Notes under the pieces: model-generated
What the model saw: only the letters and a program-made list of their open reading frames with translations
The model's database searches: none
What the model was told of the DNA's origin: nothing
Made by a program: the position numbers and the translations under genes
Shown: one piece after another, positions 38,811-50,260 of the stretch
How positions within the stretch are numbered: the first letter of the stretch is position 1
How the letters are laid out: every line of letters starts with the position of its first letter
Source of the DNA: Lama glama
Lineage: Eukaryota
Assembly (NCBI GenBank): GCA_028534125.1
Contig: CM052816.1
Coordinates: 38,442,001 to 38,506,000 of the forward strand
Reading direction: 5' to 3'
DNA length: 64,000 nucleotides

Positions 38811-40203
38811 TCATATTCAGACTTGTTTTGTGTTTACTTCTGAATGAAAGTTCAAGTAGGTAATAAACAATAAGAACTCTCCGGCTACCCATTGATTACT
38901 CTGTGAATTGCTTAGTTAAAACACAGTGTCCTAATTGTTACACTTAATAATTGCACTGTTAATAATCTAAGTTGTTTGCTATCTAAGGTTTAACACTCAA
39001 AGAATTGATTAAATTGGGTAACTTCCCTCTTGGATGGAAGCAGTAACCTTCAGTAGAATGCTAACTACCTCTGAGAATTATGTTTAACTCAGACTTTCTT
39101 TGCCATAGGCAGAAGTAATTGATTTTAGGCTGGGTGAACTGTTTCTTAATACATATGCCCACAGGGAGAATGTCATTTTAATAAGGTGCTTCTAAAAGCC
39201 ACATTCTACTTAAAACAGAAAGTTTCCCCTTTGTCTTCACAAGCAAAAACTGAAGGAGCCCTGTTTGTCCTTAAGCTTGTAGTAAACAACTGGGAAGTAA
39301 CGTGATACTGAGTCGGCAGTGTGAAAAATATCTCTTTGCCAATTCAGCTATCTATGTTTTGCTTTTTGTTTTTAGCTACAGCTTTCCTAGAAAAAATACG
39401 TCCACGTTTAGCATTCTTGAATACCACTAACTAGATTTCAGTCTGCTTGTATTGGTCCTTCAGCTGTTGTCTCTGCTACCACCGTGCCACAACTAAAGGA
39501 AGTGTCCAAATAATTGGACATTGTGGGGAGGAGACAATAAAATAAAAACACTTCATCGTAGAGGTCAAGGCAAAGAGATCAAGGAATCTTTTAAAAATAT
39601 GAAATCATTGGTTCATCTAAGCAGTCCAATTCTGATGTTGATTCATAGATCTGACCCAGTAGAGTACGAGCACTAAGGATTGCTCAAGACTATCAGCCAA
39701 ACTGTGGGGAAGCCCGTTTACACATCTACTTCCATTTGTGTTTATGCACCATCCTTTGGAAGTTTTGATTTTGCTGTATGTTTTCTAACTCATAATTATA
39801 TTCACGTCATACATTAAGTTCAATTTATTTATAAATACATAAGTGTTCCTCTGTCTGGGGCTAAACTGCCTATATAATAATGTTATAGTATATAATCAAA
39901 TCTACTACTCATTGCTCTCACTATGTAGCATCTAGTTTACAAAACCCCACAGACAGCCTATTTTATAGGCATTTACAAAATTAAATTTTAATTTAAAAAA
40001 TAGTTGCTTTAAACTTTCAAGTTGTGGCTGGTATTACAGTCCTTTAAAAATAATTTCCCCAAACTTTAATTTATCTCAAATTGCTGATGATAACCTGGCT
40101 TATTTTACATGGAACACAAATGAAAATTTAAAAAAAAATTGTTATGAGCTATGCATTTATTTTAATGACAGTTGGAAAATAAAGCTAATACACAAACTCA
40201 GTC

Positions 40204-41556
40204 AACAATCAGGTTCTGGACACAAGGACTTGGCTGCCATCCCCAAGGACAAGGCCAAGTTGGACATGGAGCAGCTTGACCTCACAATCTACAAGCCCCA
40301 CTTCACCTATGCCCCCCTGGAACACATGGAGCTGCCCAGAGGCGGAGAGTTCATTCATCATACATGTACCCCAATGTCCATAGCAGCACTATTTACAAAA
40401 GCCAAGATATGGAAGAAATCTAAATGTCTATTGATAGAAGAATGGATAAAGAAGATGTAATGTATTATATACAATGGACTACTACTCAACCATAAAAAAG
40501 AATGAAATAATGCCATTTGAAGCAACATGGATGAACCTAGAGATTATTACACTAAGTGAAGTAAGTCAGACAGAAAGACAAATATCATATGATATCACTT
40601 ACATGTGGAATTCAAAAAGTAATACAAGTTAACTTTTTTACAAAACAGAAGACTCACAGACATTGAAACATGGACTTTCTTCCTCAGAATGAGGGGGGCA
40701 GTGCTCCTTATCTCATCCCTGGTCCTCACTGCACAGGGAAAACCCAGTCCGGGACTCAAGCACACACAGAGTTAATGTTGTGTAACCTCTCCATGCCTCC
40801 ACCCCAACGTAAAGGTTCCCAGAAGAGATTAAGGAAAAATGAATATGGCAGTTAGTGGTCAGGCCTGTCAGCTGTCTTGACAATGGGTGAGCAGAACCCT
40901 CAGCTGTGGCAGGAGGAGGGTGAGGGTGGGAAGCAGCAAGGCAGGCAAGGAAAGTTCCAAGACCCTGTGTACACACAAGCACTCCCCTCCACCTGCCTTT
41001 TACAGCTTTCCCGTCACCTGGACCTCCTTTTTTGACTCTAGCAAGAGCAGGCTTCAGCTCAGGAAGATCTCCAGCAGGGAGCTTCCCTGCCCTCTAGCTC
41101 TCCCTGTCCTCTGCTTGCAACCCCCAAGCTTCAAAGCCTCTTGCTCCAACCCTGTGCCTTCCCTTGAAGCCTTGGCTTAGAGTGGAGACGTCACCTAAAC
41201 AAACCCCTGCCCAGCATCAATCTCTAGGCAAAGCAGCCAGAATTCTATATTCTAGTGCCAGCCCAAGTCCTGGGCAGAACCAGGCCTTCAAACTCCCTTG
41301 GATGGGACCAAGAGGCTAGGCTACAGGAACATTTCTGAGTCCTGGCTATCAGGTCCCACTCATACCTATACTTAAAGAATGCAATTTATTGGGGCACCAC
41401 CCCCTCACATTGCATTTCTCTCTATAAATAGACTCATAGGTATACCTGTCAAACTCTGGGTCTGGGTTTTGTTGCCCAGAGCCTGGGCACTATGTATGTA
41501 ATAATACTGGGTAGGGGGACTTGCTTCGAATTAAAGATTGCGTTGGCCACCCCCCC
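40204..41556 (+). pseudogene. DMTN: Processed dematin (EPB49) retrocopy, 5'-truncated, central part replaced by an L1 fragment
   Basis: 40204-40349 translates (one frameshift) to NQVL-/-HKDLAAIPKDKAKLDMEQLDLTIYKPHFTYAPLEHMELPRGGE, versus recalled human DMTN DNQVLGYKDLAAIPKDKAILDIERPDLMIYEPHFTYSLLEHVELPRSRE. 40670-41556 follows the recalled DMTN 3'UTR ('atggactttcttcc...ccctggtcctcactgcacaggg...cacacagagtt', 'aagaatgcaatttattgggg') to ATTAAA at 41530-41535. Confidence 0.88.
40360..40669 (+). mobile_element. Internal LINE-1 fragment (ORF2 C-terminus and start of 3'UTR) without poly(A)
   Basis: TCTPMSIAALFTKAKIWKKSKCLLIEEWIKKM; 'atgccatttgaagcaacatggatgaacctagag'; stops at 'gactcacagacattgaaac'. 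Confidence 0.92.
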
Positions 41557-41759
41557 ATACAAAGATATATAGATATTGATAGGTATATTTACATAAACAT
41601 TTTATTATTGCCAATATTTAAATAAAAGTAAAATAAGACCCAGTGAAAAAGAGTGTATTTGAAACACATGTTTTTGCGCATGTGTGTGTGTAAAGAGAGA
41701 GAGAGATAATTCAAGTACAAATGATACCCAGATAAGGCAAAAATATGCAGGTAGCTTTT

Positions 41760-42058
41760 TTCCTGCCCTTAGAATTAAACTGAAACATCAACTCTTCCTG
41801 GGTCTTAAGCTTGCCGGTCTTGGAACTGGAAATGAACACCATCAGTTCTCTTGGGTCTCCAGCTTGCTAAATTACCCTAAAGATCTTTGGACTTGCTAGC
41901 CTGTATCAACTTTTTATAATACATATCTTTCTAGATAAATAGATAACAGAAATGTTGGCAATAAATGTTTTATTATGCTGATGTCATTACACACATGCAT
42001 GCACGCACGTGCGCGTACACACACACACTCTGTTTCTCTGCAGTTCCCCGACTAAGAC
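41760..42058 (+). mobile_element. MLT2-like (ERVL) LTR 3' portion with embedded (CA)n
   Basis: 'aaactgaaacatcaactcttcctgggtctt...caccatcagttctcttgggtctccagcttg' and terminus 'tctgtttctctg...gactaagaca'. Confidence 0.7.
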
Positions 42059-42732
42059 ACCATTATATAAGAGGACTGAGGACATCTCAGTCCATCCTGA
42101 CATGAGGACCAGGAGATAGTTCATGCTTTATATGTTATCCAATGATGGAAACAACATAAAAAGAACAGTTATCTCCCAGCACAACATGGTGGCTTTGATA
42201 ACACCTGCACACTTCTATAAAATGCTTACCTGAACAAAAAATTATTATTATTGAGGTAGCCAAAAGTTAAATGAGCCTTACTGATAATTGTATTTTTAAT
42301 TTTATCCTCACCAAATGACTTACTTTCATGTGCTTTTAACTGTTGAGAGTGTACTTAAATAAAACTACAGAGTGTAGTGTTAAAGAGATGGTACATTTAC
42401 CATTGTGCAGTAACATAAAATCAATGCCAGCTAGTCATACAGGCATTTTCAATTTCCACTGCACATGGTGCACAGCTCTTGGTTCAGTAGATAATCCAAT
42501 TGTAAACACTGACTCACTGTTAACAACTCTAGGAAACAGGATTAGCAATTTCTAATTTCAAAGTAAACCTATTTCATTTTTGTCCTGCAAATAAAAACAA
42601 TGTATTCAGAGATTTAGCTCTGCAGCTTTCGGAGCTTCTCAGAAACAAAAATGTTGGCAACAAATTTTTATTGAACTGATGCCATTATTGGAAACAACTA
42701 AGTGTATGTTCTTAATAGCTTTTTAAGTTTGG

Positions 42733-42734
<2 letters not shown>

Positions 42735-42783
<49 letters not shown>
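42735..42783. repeat. (TAA)16 microsatellite
   Basis: Read directly. Confidence 0.97.
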
Positions 42784-42784
<1 letters not shown>

Positions 42785-43964
42785 TTGAAGTTCAATTAGA
42801 CGAAACTTGAAATTTGAATTTAAAAAATTTAACTGAATCTCTGAAAACTAAAAATCTTGGAAGAACCCATTATGCAATGTAATCAGGAGATAAATTTTAA
42901 AAGTTTATGTAATATTAGAAAGCTTTGTTTCCAAAACAAACGTTTTAGGCAAGATTTTAGAAATCTGGTTTATGTCTTGGAACATAGTTAAATTGAATCA
43001 ATAATCTTGTAATTTGGAGGACCTGTTTATTGTACCATTTTAAAACCTATTTTCCTCTACCTTATCTGTCAGTTCCTTTAGTAGTACATTGCCTCAATCA
43101 AAACCTATAGCACTATCCTTGCAATTTCCTGTTCAAAAGAATAGAGGATGATGGCTTTATTCTTTTTTCTTCTTTTAGAGTACAAAAGTGCCACTTTGTA
43201 AGGCCATAGGTTCTCTGTCAATAATACTCATGTCTGGCTTTTAAAAAATGTTCATGCTTCAGCCCTACACCCAGGGATTTCTCTAATGGGGCTAGCTCGG
43301 AAACATTATCTAAGCTCTCCAGGGATTTATACAGTATACAGCTATAGCGGGAAATACTAGCCCAGCTTAACCAAGGAAGGGTTACTCCAAAAGGAAGCCT
43401 ACGGCTATGTAACTGAGAGTTGGAACCACAGTATTTATTGTCCAAGCTTGAAGCAGAAGAACTGTACTGAATCCAAACGGCAAATAAGATCAATCAAGAG
43501 ACAGAGTAAAGTTAGTGGACAGGAAAGGCAATATTGCAGATGGGAGGAGTTCTGCGGAACAGTTTTTATGACTTGTGATCATTAGCAGAAAGTAGATCCA
43601 GAAGATAACTTGAATAAGCCATTCCAGGCTGAAAAAACTAAGAATAAATATCTTCCTAGCTCCTTCTGTGGGAAACTCGACTACCTGTCCAGGCAAAGAA
43701 AGTACACTGTTCTACCACTTCAAGTTACATTTTTTTCCCATTGAAGTCATTAATCATCAACAAACTTGTTCATGTCATTCTGATATGAGTTAAAATTCTC
43801 CAAAGTGAGATTAGAGAAGGTCTGGGCCATTTATAAGTTCATGGTAGAGAGCAGTTAAAAGTCAGGCTCCAAGTCCATGACTGACCAATCCCACTCACCT
43901 TATAAATGTGTAAAGTATTTTTATAAATCTGTACTCTCACCAGATTTTGGAAGCCACTAGAATT

Positions 43965-46100
43965 AACTCATTTATCAATCTTTTGTTCCGTATTAGCTAT
44001 ATCTGGTAGGCACTCTGCAAGGCAATAGACACTCAGAAAAAGATATAGTCCTTATCCTAAAAGGTCTCACATTCTCATAAACTAGATAGAAAGTTCCCCA
44101 GCTACTAAAATATGTTTATGATACTGCTTAATTAATGATATGTTAGAAGATAAGAACAAGGTGTGAGGAGGATAAGCACCAAAGAATTTAACAACTGTGG
44201 TTGAGAGTGGATTACCTCAGACTATCAAAATGCTTCTGAAAGGAGATTATTCTTATAGGAATTCTGGAAGCAGAGAAGAGGATTAAGTCATTATAGTGCA
44301 AAGCCACAGAGAACTCAAAAAACATGCATTAAGGCATGGTCCAAACAGGAGCTGCATGTAGTAAATGACGTGGAAGAAATAGGACAAGGCAAAGATATGG
44401 CCCTTTCTTTTACACCCCAGATAGACTGAGTTCTATCTTGAAAGTAGAACATATTGAGATTTCACACAAGAGTGTGAACAATCATATTCTAAAATCAAAA
44501 TAAACTAAATGAGAAGCAGACACACTAGTTATAAGGCTTAAAATAGTTAACAGTTGAGAATTAAGCTAAACAGAGCTAAGATAGCTAAGAGATAGAGTCT
44601 GTGAGTGTCGAAAGAACAGGAGTCATTGGAAAGGCATTTAGGGGTTAACAGGATTTAGTGAACATCAGGGAGGAGAGGGGCTGGAACAACAGAATGGTCC
44701 CAATTTTTAGCTTATGAAACCAAGTCAAACTGAAGTGCCATTTGCTAAGGTGATGAAATGAAATGATTCAAGACACAGGAATTAAGAGTTCGGTCTTACA
44801 CAAGTTGAATTTGAGATGCTATTGGGCAGCCAAGAGGAGCTGTCTTAGAACTGCCGGAGATACGCCATGATGTTTGAGAGCAAGTCGTGCTTCAAATCAG
44901 GATTGTGGAGTCATCAATTTATGCTATTTCTTCATTATAGCCGTGGGTCTTCTCAAAAACACAGTTCTCAGCTTCTCCTTTCTGATGCAGGGGAGACCAG
45001 AGATGCAGTTGATGGTAATATTGAGGTGACAGAAAATGTGTCAGAATCCATATATTGTCACTCAATATATTTTTGAGAAGATAGTTGGGTTTCAGATGAA
45101 ACCATGGAAGACAAAGAAACATGGAGTATAGTGGAAGATAAAGGTCCAAAAAGGAGGCTAAGAAAGCTCAGAAAAGTAGAAGGAAAATGGAGAAGCCAAA
45201 AGAAGAAAGCATTTCAAAGGGAGGAAAATTAAGCGGTCAACCCTCCTATCAAATACTACTCAGCAATGAATTATATACAAACCATAAATTACTCACTCAA
45301 TTTTGCAATTAGAAGTTTGGGGCAACTTTGGCAAAAGAAGTTCTATTGATTTCCAGCAGTGAGATTCTAGTAACAGTAAGCCACATAGAAGATGCATGAG
45401 TAAGAAGTAGGGATATTCTTTCAATACGCTTGGTTATTAATGAACAGAAAGATATGGTGTGATGCTTGGAAGAATATACAAGACTGAGTTTTGAATTTAT
45501 CAACTGTGTTAGGTTAGAGCAATGAAAATTTGTTGAAAGAAATCAATATAGAAAGAAACATTCAAGTTATGAGATTTAGCCAGGAAACTTGATGGACTGA
45601 AGTCCCTAAGGAAATGGATGTGGGATCCATGGCAAAGTAGTTGGGGTTTTTTAAGAAAAAAAAATAACAGCTTCTTATGAGAAGAGGGAAAAAAGGCCAG
45701 AGTGTATGCAGATACGCTGCAGGTGGAAGGTTAAGAAACGAAGAAATCTTCCTAGTCTAATCTAGCCTGTTTTCTCTATTAATCCCAAGCACCGTCATCT
45801 TCTGGGCGTCAAAGAATAGGAGTAGCGTAGGCAATCTGAGAAGAGCTGTGGGCGTTTAGAATAATAATGCGTGGAAGAAAGACTGATGAAAAGCTTAAAA
45901 GACTTCCAGGAAGATTGAAGTATCCAAGTGAAGCTAGATGCTGTGAATCTGCTCTCTTCAATACTCCCATAGTTATGCGATTTCTTTTACCAGTGCTCAG
46001 CTGCCTGGACATAGTGAACAGATAATCCAGGTTGACAACTGGGCATCAAACTGCAGGTATAGAGAAAGATACGGAAACAAAACTGTTGAGGTTATTGGAG
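43965..46100 (-). mobile_element. Long decayed L2 LINE
   Basis: Purine-rich antisense L2 motifs such as 'agagttcggtcttacacaagttgaatttgagatgctattgggcagccaagaggag', 'gattgtggagtcatca', 'ggcaactttggcaaaagaagtt'; extent approximate. Confidence 0.6.
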
Positions 46101-47190
46101 AAAGAGGGACTAAAAGAAGATTTCATGGTTTCAAGATTCAATGCAGAAAAAAATGAAGCCAGGATAGAGAAATATAAAATTGAAGAATCAAGGAACTAAA
46201 AGTTATCTTGAATTTAATGCACTGATGTAGTGAAGGAGTTGAAAGTTGGAAAAGTATATACAGTAAGTAGACCATTATAACTTACTATTGATAATACAGC
46301 AACTATTTTGTTTTGTACCCTCATCTTCTACTATTATGACTGGCACTCAATAAACGTTTGTCAAATTAAAATTATTCTGAGATAAACAGAAAAAACTTTA
46401 ATTGAGAAATAAATCATACAGTATTATAAAATACTCTCTTCATATAGACATAAAGGTCTTATATCCAAGCTAGTAAACTACTCAAAAGCACTAAGCCTTC
46501 AATTTCAAGTTAAAACTCAGAGGATGTGATTCAAATACCACGTTTTGGCCAGTAAGATCTAGCTTTAAAACTGGATGAGTCATCCCATTCATGGGATATT
46601 TTAAGTAAAGACTGCACTGCATGATGAAGAGAATCCCTGTCAAAGCCTAAAATTAACACAGGGGAAATGCAGAAATTATGCACAATCTTTCTTGTTGGCT
46701 TTTTTCCAAAGAAAAGTAGGTTAGTTATGAGAATTTGACTTCACTCTGTGGAAAAAACTGATCCTAGGTACGTGTATGTTGACAATCACTCGTAACAATA
46801 TCTACCGTTCTCATTTTAGAGGAAGTAAGTCCTTAGATATCACTTAATCCAAGCACTTCATCATACAGCATAAAGAGCCAGTCCGGAAAAGGTTAAGTGA
46901 TGTGTTTTCACTGTCACATCGAGAGGAAGCAGCTGCTCTGTAACCAGGACCAAACTCTTCCACTATAGCGAAAATCACTGGAATGTTAAAGAATCTCTCT
47001 AGCTTATTTCTTACTTATTTCATACTTTTTAAGTATACATATCAGGGAAATTTAGTAAAATGGTCATGATTTCAATTGAAGGGATTGCTTTCCATCCACA
47101 CTTTACAAAAGTACTATGAGCTATAAATCCTTCCCATGCATTATTTTCGTGTGTGGAAAATGAGCAAGAGAAAAGTTCACATAGGCTGTG

Positions 47191-47199
47191 CACATACAC

Positions 47200-47232
<33 letters not shown>

Positions 47233-47250
47233 GAGACAGAGACAGTGAGA
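47191..47250. repeat. Imperfect (CA)n then GA-rich microsatellite
   Basis: Read directly. Confidence 0.9.
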
Positions 47251-47861
47251 CAAACAAAGAAGAACGACAGAGAGAGGAAGAAGATATATAAAAATGTATA
47301 ATTCACAAATGGAAGTTTCTCTCCCTGGATAATTAGAAAAAGGCTATATTCACCTATCTATTTTTCTTAAATCCCTGATGTGTTTGACTAAAATGGTAGT
47401 TAGCTTTATTTTCCATTTTGGTTGAGACATACTGTATATCATATGTAGTGTAGTTCTGGTCTCAAGAGGGAAATGGATAATCAGGAGAATATTTTTCAAT
47501 GTCTCATCTCTGTAAAGATTTACTGAGTTGTCTCTAATGTATACTGACAGCTTCTGCATTAAAATTAGAGGAAGGTAGACATTGATATTGTCAAGCTAAA
47601 AAAAAATTCTCTCCTTTCATTTTCATTCTACTGAAATAAATCAGGTCCATATTTTTCAATATTTTATTAGAATTGTTCATTTCTGAAGGTCAAGAGCAAA
47701 AGAACTTTTCAAAGTTTCAAAAACATTCAAAAAAGGTGGCAGCTAATTGATAGTCTCCAGACACCAACAAAAGTCTGGACTATCAGCTTAAAAGCCGTAT
47801 GATTTCCTTGCTGAAGTTGCTGGTCTTACTTACCGATGTAACTTAACTTCAGTGTCTCCTA

Positions 47862-48234
47862 TATTAGAGTTATTTGTTTGCAAGCAACAGAAGCCCATTG
47901 TAGCTAACCTAAATGAAAAGAAATTTATTAGAAGGATATCAGGATGTTACTAAATGGATGGAGTTCTAATCCTGGAAAAGCAGGATTTGAATCAAAGCAC
48001 AAATGCCCTGTTTGGATAAACTTAAGTTTCACATGTACCCCTTGATTGTGGCTGAATATTGAGATGTGGGGACCCCTTCAACCTCAGCAAATCAAAACAA
48101 GCACAATATGATTAGTTCTGCCTTCCAGACCACATGCAGTGTCAGAGAGATTAGTTTTCAAAAGAAAATTAGGATACTGATAAGAAACTGGAAGTTGATA
48201 CTGGGCAGTCAAAATATAAAAACTGTCCACCTCA
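47862..48234. mobile_element. MLT1-like MaLR LTR relic
   Basis: 'ttgcaagcaacagaagcccattgtagctaacctaaatgaaaagaaatttattagaaggatatc' ... 'gatactgggcagtcaaaa...tgtccacctca'. Confidence 0.65.
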
Positions 48235-49974
48235 AGCCAAAATTCTTAGTGTTGATTTTGAAAGAAATAAAAATTATAATTATAATAATAATAATTATTA
48301 TTCTAAATTGTACATTTTAATGCAAATATGTCTGCTTAAGAAAATGTATACATTATTAAAATGGCCCAATATCTACACGGCAGAGGATATACTGAAAATT
48401 TGAGAAAAGTGCCTCCCTCAAGTGATAACGTTTATGAATATCTCTGCATACCAGCAATGATCTATTTATTTCTTCTAGAGTCACGAATCAGTCTTTACAT
48501 TTATACGACTTGTGAGTCACCATAAGTATAACATGGAGATAGTCATTCAGTCCTAGCCCAAAGAAGAGAAAAGAAATCATCTCAGAAATTATTTAACACA
48601 TGCTTCAGACTAGCACACATATCCTGAATATCATTTCTGATTGCATGAACACTTGAGAGAAATCTGCATTTGATAATTCTGATCTGACAATCATAAACAC
48701 TAAACCCTAATAACGTGCAATATTACAAAAGCTTTACATATCTGTATTCATAAAACATCACCTGTTCTGAGCAAAAATGAGCCACCAAAAGGAGATTCAA
48801 ATGACTTCAATTTAATGTGATAATTAATAAAATAATGCTTAATGCTGAGTAAAACTCTAAATTTCACCTCAGTAGTTCCAACAATTTGTATATGTCCTGA
48901 ATTAATAACTATCTAAGTGCAAATAAATGTTATATAATATGAGCATTTTTTTATGTGTACTGAGTGTTGTTTAAGAAATATATTTGTATAGTTTAAAAAA
49001 AAAAAAAGAACAAGTTTCAATAACTCCAAAAAATTTAACTTTGGGGCCAGAAAACAATTTTGTCAATCTGAACATTAACTCTTGTCCTTTTTCCCAGTCT
49101 CTAATTTTCAAACTTCCAGTAGGAAACGTACTGCTGTATATTGGGTCTCAAATACCTTTACTGACAGTCGTCTTCCTTCCTCAGTATTACCATCAGTATT
49201 CAAGGAGAGCAAACGAGCAGCTCAGACCTAGAATTTATCTAATAGTTTCCCAAAGAAATATGCAACATATTCTCACAAACTGTAATTGCAGTGAGGATGA
49301 GAGGTTTTCATAAAATATTATCTTAAAATAAATGTATTTATATAGAGCAAATCGTAACTTTATTCTGTTTCAGCAAAACACACACCTCCCCCCAGCCCCC
49401 CACACAGAATCAGACATTTAGAATTAGAAGGGAGTGAGCAGATAAACCAAACTGTTGTTCCCTAAATGCAGTAAGATTATTTTAGGTAGGGGAGTATTAA
49501 TTTTTAATGAGCCTACTATGTATGCATCAAAAAAGCATGACTGGAACATCAGCTGCTTATTTCCCAGATATTTGCATTAAAAAGAAGTTAAAGGTTTATT
49601 GTTGTTTGGTTTGGGTTTGAGTTTGGGGTTCGGTTTCTTTTGTTTGTTCAAAGGGCTATTTCAGAATGTTAACAATTTTTGAATAGGTGAAGGCAATATA
49701 TGCATTCATTTTACTACTCTTGGAATTTTTCTATGTACTAGAAAACTTACAATATTAGTCATTTCATACCTCAATGTATTTTGCATACATTGACTTTCCT
49801 TACCTGCTCTAACCATCTAAATCCAATCACCTTCAAGCTCAAACATCACTTCCTCAGCCAGGTGACCCGACCACACAAAGTCAGGCATTCTCCCATATGT
49901 AATTGCTCCAGATGTGGTACCCAGGTGATATTTGTTGAATTCTTTTATACTTGGCCAAATCTTCCACTTTCAAG

Positions 49975-50260
49975 GGTACCAACCATAGATATGCAATAGA
50001 ATTGCATGGAGAATTTTTTTTAAGGAACTGATATAATTCCCTGCCCAGATCTAATGAGGGATGAAAAATCTGTATTTTTTAAAAGTGCTTAGTTGAGTCC
50101 AATGTTCAACTATGGTTGAGAGTAACTGCACTAAACTGCAAACTCAATGCCAAAGAGGTTTTCTTACTTATTTACTTATAACTTGTTGACTCCAACACAG
50201 CACATGGTAGGCACAGAGCAATGTTTAGGGAAGCATATAACATAATATCAATCAATGATG
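49975..50260. mobile_element. MER5A-like relic followed by an L2 3' end
   Basis: 'aatctgtattttttaaaagtgc...atggttgagagtaactg' then 'aacacagcacatggtaggcacagagcaatg'. Confidence 0.5.

Noticed and set aside
40204..40349. Possible real exon of DMTN or an ABLIM gene
   Set aside because: No splice acceptor, a frameshift, substitutions at conserved residues, and the 3'UTR lies only about 320 bp downstream, which fits a retrocopy
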